From Solirubrobacteraceae bacterium (lineage in GTDB: Bacteria; Actinomycetota; Thermoleophilia; Solirubrobacterales; Solirubrobacteraceae): a stretch of 38,779 bases of DNA. How positions within the stretch are numbered: the first letter of the stretch is position 1; each line of letters opens with the position of its first letter. The DNA lies in contig DATHNH010000168.1 in NCBI GenBank assembly GCA_035486255.1, forward strand, positions 1 to 38,779, in the 5' to 3' direction. The position numbers and the translations under genes are program-made. The notes under the pieces are model-generated. The model had not been told where the DNA came from. It saw only the letters and a list, made by a program, of their open reading frames with translations, and did no database searches. Shown piece after piece: positions 1-8,379 of the stretch.

Positions 1-2
1 AC

Positions 3-623
3 AAGGGGATGACACCCGGTGACGTCAAACACGGCCGCTATGACACGGCAGTCGGCGCGGTGCTCGCGGCGATCTTCGGGATCGGAGCCCTGGTCGCCGG
101 AGCGGCACTGCTCGGTCATGGGGGATCGGGTATTCAGGGGTTTGCCGGTGCCGGGTTCCCCGAGGCGCTGCAACACGTCGCGGGCAGCGCCGCCGGTACC
201 GTGTTCGCGCTGGGGTTGATCGAGGCTGGAGGGGTGGCGATCCTCACGATCTCCGCGAGCACCGCCTACGCTGCCGGGGAATGCGTCGGCGTCTCCCACA
301 GCTTCAACAGCTCGCCGCGCAACGCCGGTCTCTTCTATGCCGCTAACTTCGGGATCGCACTGCTGGCGGCAGCGGTCATCCTGATTCCGGGCGCGCCGCT
401 GCTCTCGATCGCGCTCAACGCCAACGTGCTCGCGACCGTGCTGCTCCCGGTCAGCCTGGTCCTGATGCTGATGCTCGCCAACGACAAGGGGTTGATGGGG
501 GCATGGGTTAACAAGCGCTCTACTAATGCGATCGGGATCGCGGTCATCGCATTCGTCGGCCTCTGCGGAGCCGCATACGGCATCGACTCCTTTCTGCAGG
601 CGATCCATATCCTCGGGTCATGA
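3..623 (+). CDS. NRAMP-family divalent metal transporter, C-terminal part (5' end outside window)
   Basis: Open frame from the window edge (..KGMTPGDVKHGRYDT..); several hydrophobic helices; 'STAYAAGE', 'NVLATVLLP' and 'LANDKGLMGAWVN' resemble NRAMP C-terminal segments. Confidence 0.8.
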   Translation, partial: KGMTPGDVKHGRYDTAVGAVLAAIFGIGALVAGAALLGHGGSGIQGFAGAGFPEALQHVAGSAAGTVFALGLIEAGGVAILTISASTAYAAGECVGVSHSFNSSPRNAGLFYAANFGIALLAAAVILIPGAPLLSIALNANVLATVLLPVSLVLMLMLANDKGLMGAWVNKRSTNAIGIAVIAFVGLCGAAYGIDSFLQAIHILGS

Positions 624-877
624 GCACCGACGCGCTTGCCATACGCGGGGCACTCCAGGATCCCGCTATCCAAGAGCGAGAACTGCAGTCGCAGGAGCGC
701 TTCGAGGACGAGTTGATCATGCACCTGGAGCGCGACCAGTTCGTCGTGGAAACCTCTCGGCCCGTGCCCCGCGCGATCCTCAGCACGCGCGTTACGGTCG
801 GGCTGTGGGCGCTGCGTGTCTTCGTGGTCCTTGTCAGTCTGATGGTCGTTTATACCTTCATCGACCAGCTGCACTGA
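620..877 (+). CDS. Small membrane protein, coupled to the transporter
   Basis: ATGA overlap with the upstream stop; one C-terminal TM helix (LWALRVFVVLVSLMVVYTF). Confidence 0.75.
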   Translation: MSTDALAIRGALQDPAIQERELQSQERFEDELIMHLERDQFVVETSRPVPRAILSTRVTVGLWALRVFVVLVSLMVVYTFIDQLH

Positions 878-948
878 CTGAGAGGACGCGCCTCAAAACG
901 TGCGCTGCGGGCCCGCCGATTTCTCGAAACGCGCTCTCTAACTAACTA

Positions 949-982
949 GGCGCGAGTCTCTTTGTGGGCGCGAGTCTCTTTG
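949..982. repeat. 16-bp perfect direct repeat GGCGCGAGTCTCTTTG x2
   Basis: Copies at 949-964 and 967-982, abutting the MITE-like element. Confidence 0.9.
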
Positions 983-1146
983 GAGTCTGTTTCAAACAGA
1001 TCGGCACAAGTAGATCGGCACGTCCTGGTGTCCCTGGACGCGGAGCTGGATCGCCACGTGACGTCTTGCGTGTAGAACCAGCACACGCCGCGACGCCCAC
1101 TCGGTCGATGAACATCCACGACGCACCACCTATTTGAAACAGGTTC
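983..1146. mobile_element. MITE-like element, copy 1
   Basis: Terminal inverted repeats GAGTCTGTTTCAAA / TTTGAAACAGGTTC (12/14 match); interior is the reverse-complement homolog of 13102-13268; no transposase. Confidence 0.75.
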
Positions 1147-1276
1147 TAAAAAGGTCCTTTCAAATGACCTGCACGTCTCGATACCTCCTTGTCGTGGGCT
1201 GGGATTTATTTGGTACCTAATCTTTATCTAAGGGTTCGCGAAAGGGGGGTGTCAGGTAGATCATTCAAAAGATGAG

Positions 1277-1406
1277 CCATACATCTCGGCTTCACGCCAT
1301 ATGCCCAGCTTTCACTCCATACGTCCCAGCTTTCACTCCATACGTCCCGGCTTTCACGTCATTGCATCCCAGCTTTCGAGCCTCACATCCCAGTTTTCAC
1401 GTCCAT
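1277..1406. repeat. Degenerate ~21-bp tandem repeat (CCATACGTCCCAGCTTTCACT), about 6 units
   Basis: Unit starts at 1277, 1297, 1317, 1338, ~1359, ~1381. Confidence 0.85.
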
Positions 1407-1442
1407 GGACGCCCGCCGCGAAGCTCGTTTTGAATGACGTTG

Positions 1443-2474
1443 CTAAGTCCTGCCGAGCTCGTATGCCGCGCCATGGGCGGTGTGCAGTGTGCGGGCAGGC
1501 GCTTCGCGTGGGCGCACGTTGAGCGCGAGCGAGGCCACAGAGCAATTGACTACTTGGTGCCCGCCTGCCGGGTTGTCATCCCCGGGGTCGGTGTAGCGCC
1601 ATCCTGCGGAGCTGCCCGGCGGTGTGTCGACGTGCGCTTCCACTCTGGAGCCATCCGCGCAGGGCAGCGTCAGCGTGCAGCGGGCGGGGCTCTCGGCGAC
1701 CCTCAGTCCACGTGCGCCCAGCCCCCCGAGGCGCGCTCGCCGGCCGTCCACGCAGATCGCGCCGTTTGCGATCCATGGCGTGAGGCGTCCCGCCACGAGC
1801 ACCCGTCCGAGCGCCACGTCGAGCCATGCGCTCGAGTCCTCGCGGAAGTCGATCCCGTGCAGCCAGATCCAGCGCTCGGCATGCTCTGAGCCCCAGTTGT
1901 GACCAACCATGCCCCGCCATCCGTCGAGTCGGAGCGTGCGATCGGGCAGCTCGATCGTGCCGTCGAAGCTTGCCGCCGGCGCTGGGCTCGTGAGCTTGGT
2001 GCGCGGCAGCGGTGTCCTGTAGAGCCATGGCTGCTTGAAATGACGTAGCTCGGGTGTCTCGGGGTGGATGTCGAGCGTCCAGCGAACCTGACGCGAGTCG
2101 CCCTTGCCCGAGCTGCCGGGCGCTTGCTCGGTGCGAGCGTTGCCAGACAGGGTGTCGAAAGGGGTGGCCTCGTCGAGCTGGATTTGGCCCTGAGCACGCG
2201 TGGGTCCAAAGTGCGAGTCGGCCCCGATGGCGATCCAGCCGTCGGCGGGCATGGCTAGCTCCTCGCTGCTGTGCTTGTGCATGAACGGCGCGGCGGCGCT
2301 CGCATCGAACACGGTCACCCACAGCGAGCCTCGGGCTGGGCGACCGGGAGCCTTCTCGACCGTGTAGCGAATCCATGCTCCGAGCGGCTCGTCCGGTGAG
2401 ACGGCGCGCAGGTAGAACGACTCGTACATGCCGGCGGCCAGCGGGGCGGTCGGGAATTGTGGATGAACATTCAT
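1443..2474 (-). CDS. Conserved hypothetical protein, tocopherol-cyclase/CrtC-like fold
   Basis: 343-aa ORF with 'YESFYLRA', 'WIRYT' and 'GMVGHNWGSEHAERWIWLHG' motifs. Confidence 0.7.
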   Translation of the reverse strand: MNVHPQFPTAPLAAGMYESFYLRAVSPDEPLGAWIRYTVEKAPGRPARGSLWVTVFDASAAAPFMHKHSSEELAMPADGWIAIGADSHFGPTRAQGQIQLDEATPFDTLSGNARTEQAPGSSGKGDSRQVRWTLDIHPETPELRHFKQPWLYRTPLPRTKLTSPAPAASFDGTIELPDRTLRLDGWRGMVGHNWGSEHAERWIWLHGIDFREDSSAWLDVALGRVLVAGRLTPWIANGAICVDGRRARLGGLGARGLRVAESPARCTLTLPCADGSRVEAHVDTPPGSSAGWRYTDPGDDNPAGGHQVVNCSVASLALNVRPREAPARTLHTAHGAAYELGRT

Positions 2475-2521
2475 CGCGCGATCGTAACTCCTGGGCGGGT
2501 CACTCCTGCGAGGATCACGCC

Positions 2522-3610
2522 ATGAAGCGTGAGCCGCTCGTCACATTGCCACCGGCGCTGATCGCGTCGGGCGCCGGGCCAAGCGGCGCCAACCACTCCT
2601 CCGAGTCGGGCGCCATCGCGGTCGACGCGCGCTTTGTCATGGGCGTGGACGGGGGGGCTACCAAGACGCTGGCGGCGGTGCTCGACTTGCGAGAGCAGAC
2701 ACTTCACCTTGGTCACGGGGGGTCGAGCAACCCCGACGCGGTCGGTGCGCACGCCGCGACGGATTCGCTTGTGAAAGCTACCGACGAGGCGATCGGACGC
2801 GCCGGGATCGCGCGCGAGCAGCTGGACGCCGCGGTGCTGGCGATAGCCGGCACCGACACGGATGCCGTTGCCGCGCACGTGCGCGAGCGCTGTCCGGGCA
2901 CATGGGTGGTGGTCAACGACGTGGTCGGAGCGTGGGCCGCCGCCACCGATGCGCGCCCCGGCGTGGGAGTGATCTCAGGGACCGGCAGCAACGTGCTGGG
3001 GGTGGGCCCCGACGGGCGCGCTTGGCGCGCGGGCGGCTGGGGGCACTTGCTTGGCGACGAGGGCAGCGGCTATTGGCTCGCGCTGCAGTCGATCAAGGCC
3101 GCGCTCGCCGATCGCGAGCGCTCTGGCCCGGAGACGGCGCTGAGCGCGGCGGTGGTCGACTTCTTCGGAGTACGGAGCGTCGAGGCGCTCGCCACACTCG
3201 TCTACTCCAACGAGCCGCTCGCCAAGGGGGAGATCGCCGCTTTCGCGATCGAGACGGCGCGTGTCGCGCAGGGCGGCGACGCGGTGGCGCGCGAGCTGTA
3301 CACCCGCGCGGCCGGCGAGCTGGCAAGACAGATCGCCGCCGTGATCGAGCAGACCGGGCTGCTCGACGAGTTTCCCGTGGGGTTGATCGGAAGCGCGTTC
3401 AAGGCGGGCGAGCTGTTCGTGCGCCCGCTACGCGGCGCGATCCACGAGCTCGCGCCGCGTGCCCGGGTGGCCGTCGTCGAGATGGCGCCGGTCGGCGGCT
3501 GCGTGCTGCTGGCCGCACTGGCCGGCGGCCGTCGCGAGTCAGTGGACTCGGTGGAGCTAAGGCCGCTACTCGACAACGCCCTAGCGCGCGAGGGAGTTTT
3601 CAGGGAGTGA
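2522..3610 (+). CDS. BadF/BadG/BcrA/BcrD ATPase family protein (GlcNAc-kinase-like)
   Basis: 'GVDGGATKT', 'VVNDVVGA', 'ISGTGS' and 'GGWGHLLGDEGSGY' motifs; start set at the ATG that does not overlap the divergent gene. Confidence 0.9.
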   Translation: MKREPLVTLPPALIASGAGPSGANHSSESGAIAVDARFVMGVDGGATKTLAAVLDLREQTLHLGHGGSSNPDAVGAHAATDSLVKATDEAIGRAGIAREQLDAAVLAIAGTDTDAVAAHVRERCPGTWVVVNDVVGAWAAATDARPGVGVISGTGSNVLGVGPDGRAWRAGGWGHLLGDEGSGYWLALQSIKAALADRERSGPETALSAAVVDFFGVRSVEALATLVYSNEPLAKGEIAAFAIETARVAQGGDAVARELYTRAAGELARQIAAVIEQTGLLDEFPVGLIGSAFKAGELFVRPLRGAIHELAPRARVAVVEMAPVGGCVLLAALAGGRRESVDSVELRPLLDNALAREGVFRE

Positions 3611-4529
3611 TCGCGGCGCGACTCGCGATCGAGTCGGGTCCGACGCCCGATATGCGGACCGCAGCCGCTGCATTGCCGAACGTGGCAGCCTCGAGCGGGT
3701 CGCGACCTTCGCTCAACGCGACGAAGAAAGCGGCGGCGAACACGTCTCCGGCGCCGAGGTCGTCGCGCAACCGGACGAGGCGGGGTAGCGCGGTTTGCAC
3801 GACCGAACCGCCTGTGGGATCTGGCAGATGAACAGTCGCCGGCCTGGAGCCGGCGGTCACCGCCACATACGCGCCACAGTCGCGCGCCGCGGCGAACAGT
3901 GGGTGGCAGCTTTGGCACTCGTGCTCGGAGATGACGGCTGCGTCGAAGCGCTCGGGGAGTGCGCTCGGGTCCAGCTCGACGGGGGAGATGTCGCCCGCGA
4001 GTGCCACTCCGGCGCCTATGGAGAGCGGTACATCGCCCAACAGCGATCCGGTGTCCAGCTGGACCAGCGGCACGCCGTCGCCCTGCTCCCAGTGGCGCAC
4101 GAGGCCCTGAGGCGTGAGGCCGACGAAGCGGGCTTGGCCCTGCCAGTGCAGCGGCGTCTCGCGCGCGACGGGCGCCACATGCAGGATGTCCGCGTCGAGC
4201 GTCAGCGGCTCGACGATCGGTCCGGCCCAGGCGAGCAGGCGCTGTGAGCGCTTCTCGCCGGCGCCACGCGTGCTCAGCGTGGTTGTGTGCTTCGCCGGGA
4301 TGACTTGGAGGTCGAGCTCACCGATGTATGGCTCGAGCAACGCCTCTATCTCTCGCGGGACGCCCTGCGTGACGATCGACGTGCGCAGGCCGAGGCGCGA
4401 TGCTTGCAGCGCGCTGTAGAAGGCGCCTCCGCCGGGTTGGGCGACGGCGTCGCCCGCACGGTCCTCGATCACGTCGCGCGTTACGTGACCGACTGTGACG
4501 TAGTCGAAACGGGAGGCTCGCGAGTCCAT
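3600..4529 (-). CDS. PfkB-family carbohydrate kinase
   Basis: 'VGHVTRD', 'PGGGAFYS' and C-terminal 'DDLGAGDVFAAAF' PfkB signature. Confidence 0.88.
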   Translation of the reverse strand: MDSRASRFDYVTVGHVTRDVIEDRAGDAVAQPGGGAFYSALQASRLGLRTSIVTQGVPREIEALLEPYIGELDLQVIPAKHTTTLSTRGAGEKRSQRLLAWAGPIVEPLTLDADILHVAPVARETPLHWQGQARFVGLTPQGLVRHWEQGDGVPLVQLDTGSLLGDVPLSIGAGVALAGDISPVELDPSALPERFDAAVISEHECQSCHPLFAAARDCGAYVAVTAGSRPATVHLPDPTGGSVVQTALPRLVRLRDDLGAGDVFAAAFFVALSEGRDPLEAATFGNAAAAVRISGVGPDSIASRAAITP

Positions 4530-4578
4530 GAGATGCGGTGACGGTGTGTGAGGCGCCAGACGCGGTATGCGCAAGTCC

Positions 4579-6321
4579 TTAGCCGAGGCGCGGGGGGATG
4601 CGCACGGGCAGCTCTGCGCCGGAGATGCTTGCCGCGGCCAGTCGACCTGTAAAAACGCATCCACCGAGGAAAGTTCCCTCCAACGAGCGCTTGCCGTGCA
4701 TGCCTCCGCCACCGAAGCCGGCGGCCTCGCCGACGGCGTACAGCCCAGGGATCGCCTCGCCGCTCTGCTCGCGCAGGACGCGGCAGCCGAGATCGGTTTG
4801 GATGCCGCCCAGGCTCTTGCGTGCCATTACCTGCAGGCGGATCGCGATCAGGGGCATCGCCTTGGGGTCCACGATGCGCTGGAAGCGTGCGGTTCGCAGC
4901 CGGTCGCCGCGCCAGTTGCGCAGTTGGCCGATGCGGCGTAGCTGATCGTCGTTGAACAGGCCCTTGCCGCGCGCGATCGTCTCGTCGTAGCGGCCGATCT
5001 CGCGCTCGAGCACGCCCGCGTCGATCGCGCTTTCGCCGGTGACCTCGTTCATCTTGGTTGCCAGCTGCTCGAGCGAGGAAGCGGACACGAAGTCGGGCGA
5101 GCCGTCGAGGAAGTGCTTGACCAGGGCGGGCTTGCCGAGCAGCACGCCGAGCAGGAACGGCACGAGTCGCTTCTCGCGCAGATTGGGGTTGTGCTGGGAG
5201 CCCGAGACGTCCAGCTCGCGCTTGGCGATCTTGAAGTTGCAGATCAGCCATGAATACTTGCGCTCGTCCTCGCACATGCGCTCGAGCGCGGCATAGGCGT
5301 CGAACGTGGGCATCACCGGCACAGGGCCGTAGCGGCGACCGTCGGGGTCCAGCATGACGCCTGAGCGCGGTGGGATCAGCTTCAGGCCGTGGTGCTCGCG
5401 TTGAGGGTTGGGATGGCGCACCGCATCGGCGTAGTTCCACATACGCGAGAGGTGGGTGACGTTGGCCCCGAGCCGTTTCACCTCTTCGTGCAGCGCGCCA
5501 TCAGCGTAGTAGTGGGAGCCCATCAAGAGCTTCTCGGGCGCGGGGCCAAGCCGCGCAGTCGGCCATTCGCGACGGATCAGCTCGAGGTTGCCGCCGATCC
5601 CGCCGGCGGCGATCACGACCGCCTTCGCGGCTCGCACCTCGTAGTCGCTCGCCTCGGGGCCGGCGAGCCCGGATGACGAGGGGGTTGGTTCTGATTCGGA
5701 GGGTCCGGCGTCACCTGCACTACCGCCGCCTGCGTTAGGCGGCCCATAGCCCTTGACAACGACACGGCAGCCGACGATCCGGCCTTCCTCGGAAACGAGC
5801 CCCGTGACCCGCGAGCGCAGGCGCAGATCGAGTGCGGCGCGGCGCGGGTGTGCCTCGATCGCGGTCCACACCGCTTGCACGAGCGCCTTGCCGGTGCCCC
5901 ATGTCAGGTGAAAGCGCGGCACCGAGTTGCCGTCGCCGAAGTTGCCGCGCTCGGCCCAGTTGACGACCGGGAAGAATTTCACGCCGATCTCGCGCAGCCA
6001 GCCGCCGACATCATCGCGGGCGCGCGTGACGTACTGCTCGGCCCAGCGCCGCGGCCACACGTCCTCGGAGTCGAACTCGGCGATTCGCAGCCAATCCTCG
6101 AGCGCGAGGCGCTCGCTGTCGGGGATGCGCGAGCGGCGCTGCTCGGGTGAGTCGACCATGAACATGCCACCGAACGCCTCGCGCGCCAGTCCGCCGATCT
6201 CGTGAGGCCGGCAGCGGTCGAGCAGCAGCACGCTGTGTCCGCTACGCAGCAGCTCGAGCGTGCTGACCAGGCCGGCGAGCCCGGCGCCCACGACGATCAC
6301 ATCGGGCGTGCTCTGGGTCAT
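4579..6321 (-). CDS. FAD-binding dehydrogenase (FAD_binding_2, KsdD-like family)
   Basis: 'VIVVGAGLAGL' Rossmann motif, 'GNSVPRFHLTWGTG', 'RKSLGGIQTD' and 'GEAAGFGGGGMHGKRSLEGTFLGGC'. Confidence 0.92.
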   Translation of the reverse strand: MTQSTPDVIVVGAGLAGLVSTLELLRSGHSVLLLDRCRPHEIGGLAREAFGGMFMVDSPEQRRSRIPDSERLALEDWLRIAEFDSEDVWPRRWAEQYVTRARDDVGGWLREIGVKFFPVVNWAERGNFGDGNSVPRFHLTWGTGKALVQAVWTAIEAHPRRAALDLRLRSRVTGLVSEEGRIVGCRVVVKGYGPPNAGGGSAGDAGPSESEPTPSSSGLAGPEASDYEVRAAKAVVIAAGGIGGNLELIRREWPTARLGPAPEKLLMGSHYYADGALHEEVKRLGANVTHLSRMWNYADAVRHPNPQREHHGLKLIPPRSGVMLDPDGRRYGPVPVMPTFDAYAALERMCEDERKYSWLICNFKIAKRELDVSGSQHNPNLREKRLVPFLLGVLLGKPALVKHFLDGSPDFVSASSLEQLATKMNEVTGESAIDAGVLEREIGRYDETIARGKGLFNDDQLRRIGQLRNWRGDRLRTARFQRIVDPKAMPLIAIRLQVMARKSLGGIQTDLGCRVLREQSGEAIPGLYAVGEAAGFGGGGMHGKRSLEGTFLGGCVFTGRLAAASISGAELPVRIPPRLG

Positions 6322-6397
6322 GGGCAGTTCGTGCTGACCGGGCCGGCGAGCCCAGCGCAGACGACGATCACATCGGGCGTGCTCTCGTTCATGGGCA
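6259..6397 (-). repeat. Diverged tandem duplication (period 71 bp) of the dehydrogenase 5' end; forms a 24-aa uORF at 6318-6392
   Basis: 6259-6326 vs 6330-6397; the upstream copy reads MNESTPDVIVVCAGLAGPVSTNCP* and its TGA overlaps the gene's ATG. Confidence 0.9.
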
Positions 6398-6570
6398 CCT
6401 ATCTCTGAGGGGCATGTTCAAAGTTGCACCCCCTTTTTGTGCCCCGGTGTAATTGTTGGGTACCTGATCATCGTGGTGAGTCAAAAACTCCCAGCAAACC
6501 GAGTGGCCGCTTTTGGTCGTGCACATGACCGGGGCCGTTCCGTGCTCGACAGGTGCTCGACGAGCACCTG

Positions 6571-8169
6571 TCATAGCAGTGCCATCCCGGGAGCGACCTT
6601 GACTTCGACCAGCTCGGGCTTATCGGAGGCCAGCGCCTTGCCGAGCTCGTCGCTCAGCTCCTCTGGCCCGTCCACCACGCGCGAGTTCACGCCGTAGCCG
6701 CTTGCGACGGCGGCACAGTCGAGTGCCGGCAGGTCGAGGCCGGGTGCGTCCACGATGTCCTCCAGCATCCCGAACCACTTCAGGATCGCGTACTCGTCGT
6801 TGCGCAGCACCAGGAACGTCACGGGCACGTCATAGGCCGCGGCGGTCCACAAGCTTTGGATCGCATACTGGGCCGAACCCTCGCCGATCACGCAGACTAC
6901 GGGCCGGTTCGGCTGGGCCATCTGAGCACCGATCGCGGCCGGCATGCCGAAGCCGAGCCCTCCTCCGGAGGAGAAGTAGTAGCTGCCGGGGGCGGACAGA
7001 CGCAGCTGGTTACGCAATGCAAGTGTGGCCGACGGCGACTCGAGCACCACGATCCCGTCTTGCGGGAAGATCTCGGCGAGCGCGCGCACCGCGGTGGAGG
7101 GGCTCATCGGGTCGGCGATCGGCACGAGCTCGGGCGCTGGGCGCGGCGGAGGAGCGGGCCGATCGGACTCGCCGACGGCGTCGGCCAACGCCGTCAGGGT
7201 GAGCGCTGGGTCGGCGAGGATCGCGTCGCCCATCGGCGCGCGCGCCGCCTCGTCGGGGTCGCTCGTGATCGCCACCAGCGTGGTGCCCTCCGCCAGCAGC
7301 GGTCCGGGCACGTTGGGGTAGTAGGGAAAGACCGAGGTGCCGACCGTGAGCACGAAATCGTGCGCGGCGAGCATTTCCCCCAGAGGCAGCACGGCCGGCG
7401 GCAGGATGCCCTGGAACAGCGGATGGTCCTCGGGGAAGCCCAGTCGTCCACCGCCTGTGGCGGGCGCGGCGTATACCGCCAGGCGCTGGAGCTCGGCGAG
7501 CCCGATCGCCGCCTCCCAGCCGCCGGAGGCGTCGATCTCGGGACCGGCGATCAGCGCGGGGCGCTCGGCCCGGCGCAAGCGCTCGGCGAGCTCGGCGAGC
7601 GCCTCGGGCCCGGGCTGGGTGGCGCCCGCAACGGAGCGGCTCGACTGGTGGCGGACGGCCTGCTCGTCCACCTCGGCGCCCCAATCGTCCATCGGGATCG
7701 ACAGGAACGACGGGCCGCGTGGGGGCAGTGTCGCCATGTGGATCGCTCTCGCCAGTGCGTGGGGCACGTCCTCGGCGCGCGGGGGCTCATAGCTCCACTT
7801 GACCAGCGGCTGCGGTACGCGCGCGGCATCGCGGTTGGTCAGGTTGGCTTGCAAGGTCATCAGCGAGCGGTACTGCTGGCCGGCGGTGATGACAAGCGGG
7901 CTCTTGTTGGCCTGTGCGTTGAAGATCGCGCCCATCGCGTTGCCGACCCCCGGAGCGGTGTGCAGGTTGACGAGCGTCGGGCGGCCGCTCGCCTGAGCGT
8001 AGCCGTCGGCGAGGCCGACGACGGTTGCCTCCTGCAGGCCGAGCACGTAGCGGAAGTCCTCGGGAAATCCTGTCAGCATCGGAAGCTCGGTCGAGCCGGG
8101 ATTGCCGAACACGGTCGTCATCCCGCGCTCGCGGAGCAGCTCGAACGTCGCCTCCCTGACTGTCTTCAC
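6571..8169 (-). CDS. mdlC: Benzoylformate decarboxylase (ThDP-dependent)
   Basis: 'TVREATFELL..TTVFGNPGSTELP', 'NLHTAPGVGNAMG' and 'GEGSAQYAIQSLWTAA..LRNDEY'; GAGGAG SD before GTG at 8169. Confidence 0.88.
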   Translation of the reverse strand: MKTVREATFELLRERGMTTVFGNPGSTELPMLTGFPEDFRYVLGLQEATVVGLADGYAQASGRPTLVNLHTAPGVGNAMGAIFNAQANKSPLVITAGQQYRSLMTLQANLTNRDAARVPQPLVKWSYEPPRAEDVPHALARAIHMATLPPRGPSFLSIPMDDWGAEVDEQAVRHQSSRSVAGATQPGPEALAELAERLRRAERPALIAGPEIDASGGWEAAIGLAELQRLAVYAAPATGGGRLGFPEDHPLFQGILPPAVLPLGEMLAAHDFVLTVGTSVFPYYPNVPGPLLAEGTTLVAITSDPDEAARAPMGDAILADPALTLTALADAVGESDRPAPPPRPAPELVPIADPMSPSTAVRALAEIFPQDGIVVLESPSATLALRNQLRLSAPGSYYFSSGGGLGFGMPAAIGAQMAQPNRPVVCVIGEGSAQYAIQSLWTAAAYDVPVTFLVLRNDEYAILKWFGMLEDIVDAPGLDLPALDCAAVASGYGVNSRVVDGPEELSDELGKALASDKPELVEVKVAPGMALL

Positions 8170-8379
8170 TTGTATCTCCTCGTGTCCCGTGTCATCGCCG
8201 CTGTCTCCCGTGTGGGATGTGCCGCCTCTTTTGAAGGAGGTTCTTAGTTCGGGGACAATACATTCAGCGAATCGTTTGCGATGGTGGTCTGTTTCGAAGC
8301 TCGGGACAGGCATGACCGGGCTGCACGCCACGGCGCCTGGCACGCACTGGTAGCTACGTAGTTGTGGAGGTCTGACTCG

